A stretch of 64,000 bases of DNA, taken from Chiloscyllium plagiosum. Its lineage: Eukaryota. Below the pieces are notes generated by a model. It was given only the letters and a program-made list of their open reading frames with translations, was not told where the DNA came from and searched no databases. Positions 23,628 through 36,380 of the stretch are shown here, one piece after another. Position numbers and translations under genes: made by a program. The stretch is taken from the NCBI RefSeq assembly GCF_004010195.1, contig NC_057760.1, positions 4,330,522-4,394,521 of the forward strand, written 5' to 3'. Each line of letters begins with the position of its first letter. Position 1 is the stretch's first letter.

Positions 23628-26583
23628 TCTCTTGGTCAATACCTGAAACTGTGGTCCCTAACCTGCTTGCACCACACTCCTGGCTTTCTACAATGTCACT
23701 TCCATATACTATATTAAAAAATTGTTGATGGGAATGCCTTCTTTGGCCATCGGGATATTGAGGCCAATTCTGGTAGATTCCACGTTACTCAAGGAGGGCT
23801 GCTATGGTATCATTCTGGTGAATGGGTTCTGCGCCCCTCCCAATGGACTTATGAGGTACTGTATCCAGAATGAAACCCATCTGTGGGGTCCGGCACAGCT
23901 CTGGGCAGCTGATTAGCAATCATGAGCTTTTCACTTTGAGTCCTTGAGATAAAGGCCAACATTCCATGATTTTTTCATGACCTCATGTTGCCATCTCTTT
24001 ATGAAATTATTTCTAGATGTTTCACCACATCACATTCTAATGTTAATTGCCCCAACACCAGTCTAACAACTTTTATTCTATCATCAATAGTTACACCATT
24101 AATATATGGAAATGTTCAAAGTAAATATAAGAACATACACAGTTGTGTTGTTGCTGACCAGAGAGTTCAGGAGATTAATCTTTAATTTCTAGAGATGACA
24201 GGATAACCCCTGATACTTGGCAATGTCTCAGCTGTCCACTAAGTGTTAGCAAATTCTGTACTTAGATCCCTAAATCTTCCTGGTTCAGTTCTGAGCATCT
24301 CCCCATTTAGAAAGTGTTTGAAACCGAAGTGGATGGCCTCACACTTTTGCACACTGAACACTATTTGCCACAATATTGACCATTGATCGATCAATGCACT
24401 TTTATAACTTTCTGCTTTCATCTGATTCATTTACTTTGTCACCTAACTTACTATCAACAGCACATTTATAATCTCCCATCAGCCCCCAGCTATCCACTAT
24501 ATTCCTTATTCCATTTCCCTGTACAATGTTCAGTTGTCTTTGAGGCTTCAACTCATTACCATATGGATTGCCAGGATGTTTCAGGGACCTATGAAGAGTC
24601 AGTCCCATCACTGTGGGTCTAGTCATGTGAAGGCCTGACCAGGTAAAGATATTAGTGAACAAGGTGGATTTTTTGTCAACAATTGAGTAGTTTCATGGTT
24701 TCCATCCCTTTTTATTCCAATTTATTGAATATAATTAATTTAATTTCCTTACCAAGTGACTGGGAACCTATGCTTTGGGATCATAACTCCAACCCTCTAG
24801 ATTAATGGTCCAGTGACAGCTGCTGTCCCACTATTTAAACATTTTGGTTGGAAGAGCTATACCATTCCATGGGTCATCAGTGTTAAGCACTCAACAACTC
24901 ATCTTAACAGACTATGATCCTTCACTAAGTTCTCTTCCCCACACCTCTCCCATCACAAGGATTCTTGTTGGTATTGATGGTCCAGCTCACAATGACCCAC
25001 TGGTGACATATTCACCCTTCTCATGAGTGCAGAAAGTGCTCTCAAAGGGAATGTGTGTTCCATATTAACACTGTAAGAAATAGGAATAGGAATAGGAACA
25101 GGCTGTTCACCCCCTCAAGCCTGCTCTGCCATGGTTGTTTCATAAGTTATATCCAGTGGACAGACACCTAATGCCAAACTGCAGCAGAGGCAGTTGCTGG
25201 GTCCTGCTGTTCGCAGGAAGTCTTGATTTTCTGGATCTATAGTAGCTGAATGCAGAATGACCAATGGGGAGTCAGGGTGGAGAATGATGTGGAGGTGCTG
25301 GTGTTGGACTGGGGTGGACAAAATTAAAAATCACACAACACCAGGTTATAGTCCAATAGGTTTATTTGGAAGTACATGCTTTTGAAGTACTGCTCCTTCA
25401 TCAGGTAGCTAGTGGGGGTAGGATCATTGGACAAGGAATTTATAGTAAAAGATCAAAGTGCCATACAACTAATGCAATGTATTGAACAAACTTAGATTGT
25501 GGTTCAGTCTTTAATCACTTAGAATAGGATTGCAGATTTCAATTCATTAATATGCAAATCCCTAAACTACTTTCAAGTCACGTTCGGGGATAACAAGGTT
25601 TTAGAAAAAAACTATAAATTCTGTGTCTTACAACTGTGTCCTCCGCAACCACCTGATGAAGGAGCGGCGCTCTGAAAGCTAGCGCTTCCAAATAAGCCTG
25701 TTGGACTATAACCTGGTGTTGTGTGATTTTTAACTTAGAAAAAAAGGGTGACATCTCAGCTCAGCTCATTAAAGGTGTGAGGTTAGAGTCTGTCTGCATC
25801 CCAATCTTGAGTCAGACTATTCTATTACCAAAGTAGGAATTTATAAAATGTCACATATAATGCCTCCCTACAGATTGTGTGCTTTTTGAACAAGATAGAA
25901 TGTATCTGCAAATACACATTCACCCCATGGACGCGCGCGCGCGCCCGCGTGTATGTATGTGCATCGTGTGCGGAACTGTGAAGGAAAGAGAGTGTGTTTG
26001 TGTGTGTGTGCGTGTGTGGGAGCGGCAATCATATATACACACATACAAGCATACAGAAACCCCGAGCTGTAACTAATTCCCGTAGGACATTCTTTCCCTA
26101 GCAATTACATTAATGACCGCAGGACAGTGCTCTTCGGGGTACGTGTGTACATTTGAAGAGAGCCCATAGTGATCCCACTCCTTTTAGCTTTGCAGGTCCC
26201 ACTGTTCCTGCTTTTGTCTTTCTGCATCAAATTACATTAACAACCGGCAACTCAATTCTCAATCCTGCGGCACAAACTATATCTCTTTGTGCAGGTCAGT
26301 CTGCGGGGTCACTGTTAAATAGTAAAAGGTTTTCTGGATTCAAAATTGTACTGTCAAAATAATCTTTGACAACTATTAGCTCCCTCAACAACAACATCAG
26401 AAACTGCACAGACTCAGGTTCCCAATTACAGTAAATCTAGCAACAAGACCGATATCCAACAAGGATCCATAAATTTTCAATTGAAATATTTCATTGCAGT
26501 AATCAAATATGAGTGTGAGACACCGATGCAGCTCCAGAGACTGGAGTTTTGGTTCACTGTAAGTGACATGCAGAAGCACGCAC

Positions 26584-26649
26584 CTCGGGCTTGGGGATCA
26601 GAATGAACATCACGATGACTGTCAGGTTTTTTAATCCACTCAGACACAT
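26584..26649 (-). CDS. jag: Jagged-family Notch ligand, coding exon 1 (signal peptide, MCLSGLKNLTVIVMFILIPKPE)
   Basis: ATG at 26649 in context gagATG; 22 codons with a hydrophobic core; donor GAG|gtgcgt, phase 0, matching exon 2. CCAAT and GC boxes lie just upstream. Paralog number unresolved. Confidence 0.75.
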
Positions 26650-26759
26650 CTCCTTGTCTCCGGTTCCTGGGCAAATCTCTCCTCCGGTTTTGTTTGGGAC
26701 CAGCTGCAGTTCCTCAGCCGAAGCTCAGTCCCTACATCCCGGGGGAATGGGAAGATCCC

Positions 26760-26880
26760 AGCCCCCTACTGAAAACCTCTGCATTTCTGGCCAATTGAAA
26801 TGGGAGATGTCGAGGTAGAGAACCAATGACGGAGCAGTGACCGCCCGCCCAGAATGAGATTGAAGTTATCCGCCGGAGTC
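26760..26880 (-). promoter_or_regulatory. Putative proximal promoter of the Jagged gene
   Basis: CCAAT at 26791 and 26823 and a GC box ccgcccgccc at 26841-26850, 140-200 bp upstream of the ATG; locally CpG-richer, non-repeat sequence. TSS unknown. Confidence 0.45.
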
Positions 26881-29800
26881 TCATTTTGATTGCTCCAGAA
26901 TTCACAGAATCGTAGAATGGTCACGGTGCAGGAGGTAGCCATTCACTCCATCGTGCACAGGGAAACGGTGACACAACACAAAGACAGCAATTCAGAGAAG
27001 CAGCAAAGAGAGTAGTTTACTTTCCAACGGAGAACAGAACAAAAACTGTTCAATTCGACTGCAACCTGGTGTAAATTGTACACAATTTTTGTTGGTTCGC
27101 TTAAGATATAGAGTTGAAACTGACTGGAAAGTTTGCTAGAAATACTTTTATGTCTATTCCAAGAGATGATAGCTATACTTGCTGGCCATTCACATATAGT
27201 ATTTAATTTATCTTCTATACTTCTGATTTTTCTCCTTCCCAATTCATACTTTAGTTCCCTGTCTCTTCTTGCTTCCTTTTCAACCTCTATCTCCTTCCTC
27301 TCCCCTTCTTGCCCTTCACCATCTCTGTGAATCTGTCTCTCCCTCAACCCTCTGCACCATTCTGCTATTGGAAAAATAACAAATATCAATAGAATAGAAT
27401 CCCTACAGTGTGGAAGCAGGCCAATCAATCCAAAAAGTCCTCACCAACTCTCCAAAGAGCATCCCACCCAGACTCCAAGATGCTTTCTCACAAAGTGAAG
27501 AAAAATCGATTATTTCTTAACATTGTAATAGCACTGATCTGTGTAAAGAAGAAAAGATGATTACAAAAGAGGTAATGTGCACTTAAGCTTTTAAAGTGTT
27601 CAAAAAATAGTTTACTCTTCTGTTTCAACATGAAAGCTAAAAATGTTATTTAGCTGATGATTTTCTTTTGGGTTACTTAAGAAAATTAAAGTTGGAAATT
27701 TCTGCCGCTTCATTCATAGTGACATTTGCCTCGCACCAACCAGTAAGTTTCTGGCTTTTTTTCCAATTTAAGTAAAGCCAAGCCTTGTAATGAAGATCTG
27801 GCTTGGTTCCACAAATCAGTAAGTGAAAGGATAGCTGGGCTCTGTCCATTAGTGGATTCTAGACAGTGTTCTCTCCTTTTTTGATTGTAATCTCTTTTTG
27901 CAGTCTCTTTATCTCCCAGTCTGACTGCCATTTGAATGCTTTTACGATGTGTTGATAAATGCTTCTTATTACACACTTGTTTCTATCAGGTGAACATAAC
28001 AACTGCATTCTCATTTTCTGTATCCATGGTCTCTAATGTTAGACACAGAATGGGTTTGAATTTTGGCTATTTGCATCTCCCTGTTATTGAATGCTTTTTC
28101 CTCACATCCAATTATGGTGAATTTCCTTCTATTGTCACTATATCCATGTGATCATCATGGTATTCGTTTATATTAGTGTTTGGATAAAGCAGCTGTTAGA
28201 TCCACAGGAGAGGTACATTGTGATTTTAATTCAAACCAAAGGAGTGTTCCAAAAGATAATATACATTTCCAGCACTGGGCAGTTTCATTTGAAGTTGGCA
28301 GACACGGGGGAAGTCCAAATGTTCCTCACTGTCCCCACTGTTCCCTCTAACCTCTGGTTGTTGTGTTATTTACACAGCTCCACTCCTTTATGAATGCTGT
28401 ACAGCTGTGCATGAGTACTTCTGAAAGGAAAGGTTGCATGTCTGTGGCCACCAGTGCAGCTCCAAGTTAAAATTACTCTTGCATCTTTACCTCTCCTATT
28501 CTCTCTCCTCCTCTCACCACTCTCCTGCATCCCCACTCTTGGAGAGTATTGTTGCAAGGAGCAAGGGTTGGTAATCATCTAAAGGGTTTTAGGTTTGATT
28601 CCCTGATTTGCATTCACTGAAAATGGTCCCACTTCCACCTAGAATCGACATTTCAGGCATAAGCCCTTCATCAGGAATGTCTAATGAAGGGCATTTGCCC
28701 AAAATGTCAATCTCCTGTTCCTCAGATGCTGCCTGACCTGCTGTGCTTTTCCATCGCCAAACTTTTCGATTCTGATCTCCAGCATCTGCAATCCTCACTT
28801 TCTCCTGTATTGGATACCAGCCCAATAACACTTGAATTTAAAATTTTCATTCATGTATTGTCATCCCCGCATGACCTCAATTCACCCTATCTCTGTATGA
28901 CCCCCCATATCTCTAGAGGGCATAGGTTCAGAGTGGGAGGGAGCCTAAGGGGCAACTTTTCACACAGAGGGTGGTCCATGTATGGAATAAGCTGCCAGAG
29001 GAAGTTTATTTTTAATTTATTCATTCACAGGATGAGGGCATCACTGGCTAGGCAGCATTTATTGGCCATCCATAATTGCTCAGAGGGCAGGTAAGAGTCA
29101 ATCATGGGATGTACATTTGCTTGCTGAGCTGGAAGGTTTGTTTTCAAGGTTCAGCCACATCACTGTGGGTCTGGAGTCACATGTAGGCCAGACCAGATAA
29201 GGATGGCAGCTTCCTTCCCTGAAGGATGTTAGTGAACCTAGGTGGGTTTTTCCAACAATCGACAATGGATTAATGATCATCATTAGACTCTTAATTCCAA
29301 ATTTTTATTGAATTCAAATTTCACTGTCTGGTATGACGGGATTTGAACCCTGGTCCCCACAACATTATGGGTTTCTGGATTAACAGGCAATGTGAGAACT
29401 GCAGATGCTGGAAATCAGAGTCTAGATTAGAGTGGTGCTGGAAAAGCACAACAGGTCAGGCAGCATCCGAGGAGCAAGAAAATCGATGTTTCCGGCAAAA
29501 TCCCTTCATCAGGAATGAAGGCAGGGAGCCTCCAGGGTGGAGAGATAAATGGGAGTGGGGTGGGGCTGGGGAGAAGGTAACAAGGAGTATAATAGGTGGA
29601 TGGGGGTGGAGATGAAGGTGATAGGTCAGAGGAGGGTGGGAGAAGGTAGTTGGATTAACAGTCCAACAATAATGCCACTATGCAATCACCTCCTATTTGA
29701 AAGGCATCTGGATGGGTGTATGGATAGGAAGGGTTTAGAGGGATATGGGCCAAGTGCTGGCAAATGGGACTAGATTGGGTTAAGATATCTAGTTGGCATG

Positions 29801-31184
29801 GATGAGTTAGACCGAAGGGTCTGTTTCTGTGCTGTACATCTCGATGACTCTATGACACTATAGCATCTACAATTCTCCCTATCTATGTAACCTCCTCCAG
29901 CCTCTACACTTCTCGATTCTGGTTGCCTTTCTATTGGAAGGAAGTTGTTAAATTTGAGAGGGTGCAGAAAACATTTAGAAGGATGTTGCTGGGGTCGGAG
30001 GGTTTGAGATATGGTAAAAGCTGAATAGCCTGGGGCTCTATTTTTCCCTTGAGGTTCAGAGGCTGAGGGGTGACTTTATAGACATTTATAAAATCATGAG
30101 GGTCATGGATAGGGTGAAATACCAAGATATTTTTCCTACGGTGGGTGAGTCCAAAACTAGAGGGCATATGTTTAAGGCGAGAGGAGAAAGATTTAAAGGA
30201 GCCTGAAGGGTAACTTTTTCACACAGAGGGTAGTGCGTGTATGGAATGACCTGCCAGAGGAAGTCGTGGAGATGGGTAAAATTATAACATTCAAAAGGCA
30301 TCTCGATGGTTATATAACTAAACTAGGAAGTCATGATTTGGAGATGCCGGTGTTGGACTGGGGTGTACAAAGTTAAAAATCACACAACGTGTGCTTCCAA
30401 TTAAACCTGTTGGACTATAACCTGGTGTTGTGTGATTTTTAACTTTAAACTAGGAACGGTTGAGAGAGATATGTGCCAAATGCTGTCAAATGGGACTAGA
30501 TCAGATTAGGATGTCCGGTTGGCATGGACAAGTTGGACCGAAGGGTCTGTTTCCATGCTGAAGGTTTCTATGGCTCTATGAGTTGTAACTCCTCCTTATC
30601 GCGGTAACCTCTTCCAGCCCCTTACAACCTTCCCTTTCATTGTAACGTGCTGTAGCTTCTCCAACCTTTCCAAGATCTCTGCTCTCCCTTAATTCAGCCT
30701 ATTAATCTATCCACCATTGGCATGGGGCTGTAAGGTCTGTAATTCATTTCCTAACCTCTTTCAGCTTCCCTCTTTCCCTATTTAAAGCGCAGTTTCACCA
30801 GTTCTGGGGTGTGCAGTTGAGGGAGCTCCATCTGCTGGTGGAAAGACTATTCAATGGTGATGTTAAAATCAGGAACACATCATGCAAAGTAAGTTTCCCA
30901 TGTTGTGTTGATTCGACAAAACTATAGAAAACTAAACCCTCTAAAGATGAACTACAACTTCCCATTCCCAGAAAATCTCCCTAAATATCCTTCATCCTCC
31001 TCGAATCCTGGAACTACCTCACTAAGTGTATTGTGGGTCTACCTGCACCTCACAAACTGCAGTAGTTCAAAAAGGCAGCACACCACCACCTCAGGGGTAA
31101 TTCAGGAAGGGCAATAATGATGCCTACATTATATGAATGAATTTTAAAAAAAGACAAATGTGGGAACATTACAAGCAGAGATAT

Positions 31185-31540
31185 TAGGATGGCTGGAACA
31201 ACACATCCATCCTCGGACAAGCCAAACAAGAGACACGCACGAGAATTCCTAGAAGCATGGCATTTCAACCAGAACTCTAACAACAAACACATTGACTTAG
31301 ATTCCATTTACCACCCTCTGAGAAAAAGAACAGTAAAAGACATCACTACAAGACATCACCAACCCAAGGAAACCTAAACACATAAATAGAAAGCGGGTCA
31401 CTAATACCAGTGCTTCACCGGAGACTCACTGATGATGTTATCTAGTATGGTGACAAAATGTCTGAAAACAAACCTTCCAGCGCAGTGAGCAAACTTACAT
31501 CCAGAACCTCAACCTGAGCTACAAATCTTCTCAAAACTCA
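31185..31540 (+). mobile_element. Penelope-like element family C, GIY-YIG C-terminus and 3' terminus
   Basis: RHAREFLEAWH..NSNNKHIDLDSIYHPLR; terminus similar to 34790-34902. Confidence 0.75.
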
Positions 31541-32009
31541 TTAAATGGCAGAGAAGTTAAATAAATACTTTGGACTCAGTCTTGCATTTCTTTGGCGAAG
31601 AGTTTTTTGGAGGGATTCTGGTCATAAGGCCCAGCAATATTTCTACCTGTATCTTACTAAGCAGTCCTCATAAACTACATACTCTACCTTATGGTATTCC
31701 TCATGTCTGATTCTAGGCCGAACTTAGTACATACAGAATAGCTCATCACTCAGCTGATAGATCCCAAAAGACTGACATCTCTTGAACCTGCACCATCTTG
31801 CACCAGGACTTGAAATAACTCCACATAGGCTGGTAACCTGTCACCAAGTCACTCTTTATTTACAAGTGGAGAGTCCTTTACACTGATTCAGTTCCCTTAG
31901 AGCCAGTTCTGAGTGAACAGAATGTCTAACACTCCCGTTATTATCTGTCAGCCAGGGCTCCCTGATTGGGCCAGATCAATTGACTGAGCACAGCCAACAT
32001 TGATTTAGT

Positions 32010-35000
32010 AAGTCAAAACTTATGTTTTTCAAACCTGATAGAGTTTTAAGGATGCTATTGGCACAGTGGGTGTGGTGTTTTGGATTTTCTGAATGCTTTT
32101 TATAAAGAACCACAGATGAGGTTAGTAAAGAAAATGAAAATGCATGGGGCTGGAGCATGGATTAAGGATTGATTAACAGGTGAAAAATGAAGAGTAGACA
32201 TATTACAACAGAATTTTAATCAGATGGGCAAATGGGCTGAGGAATGGCAGATGGAGTTTAATTTAGGTAAATGTGAGATGTTGCATTTTGGAAAAGCAAA
32301 TCAGTGCAAGATTTATGCACTGCATGGTAAAGTCCTGGGGAGTGTTGCTGAACAAAGAGGCCTTGGAGTGTAGGTTCAAAGCTGCTCGAAAGTAGAGTCA
32401 CAGATAGATAGGATAGTTGAGGAAGGCATTTGGTATGCTTTCCTTTATTGTCAGAGTATTGAGTACAGGAGTTGGGAGGTCATTTTGTGGTTGTACAGGA
32501 CATTGGTTAGGCCACTTTTGGAATATTTCATGCAATTCTGGTCTCCTTCCTATTGGAAGGATGTTGTGAAACTTGAAAGGGTTTAGGAAAGATTTACAAG
32601 GATGTTGCCAGGGTTGGAGGGTTTGAGCTACAGGGAGAGGCTGGGGCTGTTTCCTCGGTGGCTGAAGGGTGACCTTATAGAGGTTTTTAAAATCATGAGG
32701 GGCATGGATAAGATAAATAGACAAAGTCTTTTCCCTGTGGTGGGGGAGTCCAGGTTTTGGGTGAGAGGGGAAAGATATAAAAGAGACCTTAGGGGCAGCT
32801 TTTTCACGCAGAGGGTGGTATGTGTATGGAATGAGCTGCCAGAAGAAGTGATGGAGGCTGGTACAATTGCAACACTTAAACAGCATCTGGTTAGGTTTGG
32901 AGGGATATAGACCAGGTGCTGGCAAGTGGGAGTAGATTAGGTTTGGATATCTGGTCGGCATGGATGAGTTGGGCTGAAGAGTCTGTTTCCATTCTGTATG
33001 TCTCCTATGACTCTAAATGGGAGTAGACTAGGTTAGGATATCTGGGCAGCATGGAAGAGTTGGACCAAAGGGTCTGTTTCTGTGCTGTATATCTCTTTGA
33101 CTCTAAATGGGTTATTCTCAGGTTGTCAGGCTGTGACCAGTGTGGTACCACAAAGATTAGTGATTGGGCCCCAGCTAATCTTAACTATATAGGATCCCTA
33201 CAGTGTGAAAACAGGCCTTTTGGCCCAACCAGTCCACACCGACCCTCTGAAGAGTAACCCACCCAGATCCATTCCCCAACATTTACCCCTGATTAATGCA
33301 CCTAATCTACAAACCCTGAATACCGTGGGCAATTTAGCATGGCCAATTCACCTGACCTGCACATCTTTGGACTGTGGGAGGAAACCAGAACACCTGGAGG
33401 AAACCCGCGCAGACACGGGGAGAATGTGCAAACTCCACACAGACAGTTACCCAAGGCTGGAATTGAACCCAGGTCCCTGGTGCTGTGTGACTGCAGTGCT
33501 AACCACTGAACCACCATGCTGCCTCACCTTATATCAATGATGGATGTGCAGACCAATTGCAATATTTCCATGTTCGCAAATGTGGCAAAACTTGATAGGA
33601 CTATGTGTTTTGAAGAGAATGCAAAGAAGGTTCAAGGGGATTAAGACTGGTTGAGTGAGAAGGAGCATAGAAGATCGAATCTAATGTAAACAAATGTGAG
33701 GTTTCCCACTCTAATAAGAGGAAAGGAGGTGCAGGGTATTTCTTAAATAGTGAAAGCTTGGGAAATGTTGATGTCTGTTTATAAATTACTGAGAGCTAAC
33801 ATTCAGGTGCAGCAAGCAATTAAAGAAATCTTGTTTCAGTTGTACAGAACATTTGCAACTACAGCATTGGGTGCACTTCTGGTCCCCTGGCCGAAAGGAG
33901 ACTATATCTGCCATAGATGGAGAGCAGTGGAAGTTCACCAAACTGATTCCTAGGATGGGGGCCTGTCATGCAATTCTACCTAACATGGTCAGACCGTATT
34001 TACAACATCGTGAGCAGTTTCAGAGCCTGTTTCTAAGGAAGAATGTACTAACCTTGGACAAGATCCTGAGGAGGTTTACAAGAATGATCCCAGGAATGAA
34101 GGGCTTGTCAAATGAGGAACAGTTGAGGATTCTGGGTCTGTACTCAATGTAATTTAGAAATATGAAGGGAATATGATTGAAACTTACAGAATACTGAGAG
34201 GCCTGGATAGAGTGGATGTGGAGAAGATGTTTCCATTGGTAGGAGGAGAGACTGACACCTGAGAATAACCCATTTAGAGTCAAAGAGACTGACGAAAAAA
34301 AATAAAAAAAAGAAGTTGCATGAAGACACTATTCAAAAGGGCCACAACACACTGTAGTACACCAGAACTGCAAAAAGAGGAAGAAGAACACCTCTACAAT
34401 GTATTCGCCAAAAACGGATACCCGCGCAATTTCATCAACAGATGCCTAAGGGAAAGACAACGGAACGAGGACATGCCGCAACTCAAAGGACTAGCCATAC
34501 TAACATACATCAAGAGCATTTCCGAACTGACAGCCAGACTACTGCGACCACTAGGACTCATAACAGCACACAAACCAACAGCCACTCTCAGACAACAACT
34601 CACCAGAATGAAGGACCTGATACCCAGCATGAGCAAAACCAATGTAGTGTACAAAATCCCATGCCACATCGACCTGGACCCAATATACCGGCCACTGCAG
34701 TGGACAGCTGGAACTGACAACCGGAAGCGGCAGATTCAAACCACTACAAATACCGGAGGAAACATCACAGAAGCGCTTCACAGGAGGCTCCCAAACACTG
34801 AGGATGTCACCTAGACAGGGGATGAAACGTCTGCAACAAAAATTCCCAGTTCGGAGAACAGAACCACAACAACGAGCACCCGAGCTACAAATCTTCTCAC
34901 AAACTGACACCTAAGGCACAGCCTCGGAGTGAAGGAACAACTCTTTAGAACTGAGATAAGGAAGAATTTCTTCAACCAGAGTATAGTGAATCTATGGAAT

Positions 35001-35645
35001 TCATTGCCATAGAAACCTGTAGAGGCCAAGTTCTAGAGTGTATATAATTCAGAAATTGATAAGCTTTTGATTAGTAAGGGGATCAAGGGTTACAGGGAGA
35101 AAGCTGAAGAATGGGATTGAGAAACTTACCAGCCTTGATCGAATGGTGGAGCAGATTTTCTGGGCCTAATAGCCTACTCCTGTTCCTGTATCTAATAGTC
35201 TTATAATGTTCCCATGAGAAAAGTTTGGGGAGATGAACCTGGATTCTCTCAAGTTTAGATAATTGAGAGGTGATCTCATAGAAACTTGTAAAATTTTTAA
35301 AGCGATAAACAAAGTAGATGCAGAAAGAATGCTTCCCCTGAATGGGGCATCTAGAACCAAGAGGCACTATCGCAGAAGAAAAGGAAAGTCATTGAAAACC
35401 TAAATGAAGAGGACTTCCTCACTCAGGGGTGGTGAATCTTTGAAACTCACTACTCCAAAGGGCCGTGAAAGCTCAGTGATTGAGTAAGCTTGAGAGAGAG
35501 ATTAATAGATCTGGTTACTAATTACATCATGGGATCTGGGAAAAATGTGGAAATGTGGCATGGAAATCAATGATCAACCATGATCTAGAATGGTGGGGCA
35601 ACTTGAGGGGCTGAATGGCCTATTCCTGCTGTTCTTATTTTCTAA
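32010..35645 (+). mobile_element. Cluster of nested degenerate CR1 LINE 3' fragments with a SINE and a Penelope-like insert
   Basis: Several RT C-terminal remnants (LEGLSYRERL, FFTQRVV..WNELP, MIPGMKGLSNEEQL) and repeated CR1 3' tails. Confidence 0.85.
34312..34902 (+). mobile_element. Penelope-like element family C, RT C-terminus/linker with the GIY-YIG core deleted
   Basis: ORF KTLFKRATTHCS...NGYPRNFI...NVVYKIPC joined directly to HIDLDPIY; flanks actgacacct at 34251 and 34903. Confidence 0.88.
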
Positions 35646-35686
35646 GGCACAGTCACCAATAGTGCAATTAAGGTCAGAGATGCACA

Positions 35687-36380
35687 TGTTATGAAGGTAT
35701 AGGTGTGTACTGTACCTTTAAGAGAGTGTGAAAGTTGGCATGGACCTAGAAAGTCACAGAGTGTGCTGAAAAATTTTAAAATGTAACATTTAGCTTTGAA
35801 ACAAATAGCTGAGCTGTGTTGCTATGCTACACAACAAATTTGAATTTGGCCAATCAGTTCAAATTATGCCCCAAGATACCAAAATCCAATTGAATTTGAA
35901 TTTTACTGTTTTGATGACATCAAACCAATGAGACAGTCTGATATTTTGGGGTATAAAAAAATCAGGCACTTGAACCATGAGCCTGAGTGGCAAAGAGCAC
36001 CAACAAACAGATGGCCCACAGAGATCCTCTCTGAAAGGTACCTTTTCCTTTGAAAACCGAAGACAACCCAGGAAAATCTACAGAGGAAAATACAGAGGAG
36101 AATTGACAGCTGACTGGTTTTGAAATTTGATTTTTTGTAAAACTTAAATGGGAGGTTTTATTGGATCTGTATATTGTTGTAAAGTGGGAGGTAGATAAAT
36201 TGATCAGACAAAGGAGGATTACAGTGTTGAAAGTTGTCATTTAATGTTTTTTCTTCTTGGAGTTAAAGAATAAATTGTTAATTTTTTCTTTAAATAGTGG
36301 GATTTGTTAGTTCTTTGTCACTCATACTTTAACAGATTAGGAGGCAAGGTGAGCTTCGGGGTTTACCCTGTGTAGTAACA
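35687..36380 (+). mobile_element. Intact solo LTR, 694 bp, with a 4-bp TSD (CACA)
   Basis: TGTTA...TAACA termini, caca on both flanks, TATA-like gggtataaaa near 35950 and aataaa near 36268. Confidence 0.85.

Noticed and set aside
3954..26649. Calling the Notch ligand a Delta-like gene (DLL3 is in the same human 19q13 region)
   Set aside because: RSY...EAWD, HSGMINP, the CC..C..DECD loop, CRPRNDFFGH and AVCKQGC are Jagged-type. Final proof needs the downstream EGF count and the cysteine-rich domain, which are outside the window.
26745..26755. RBPJ/CSL site (tgggaa) near the Jagged promoter
   Set aside because: It reads atgggaa, lacking the GTGGGAA core, and is too short to be meaningful.
26943..27428. 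161-aa ORF upstream of Jagged as an alternative first exon
   Set aside because: Non-ATG start in a SINE-tail remnant, a low-complexity purine-rich middle and no homology; a better exon 1 exists at 26584-26649.
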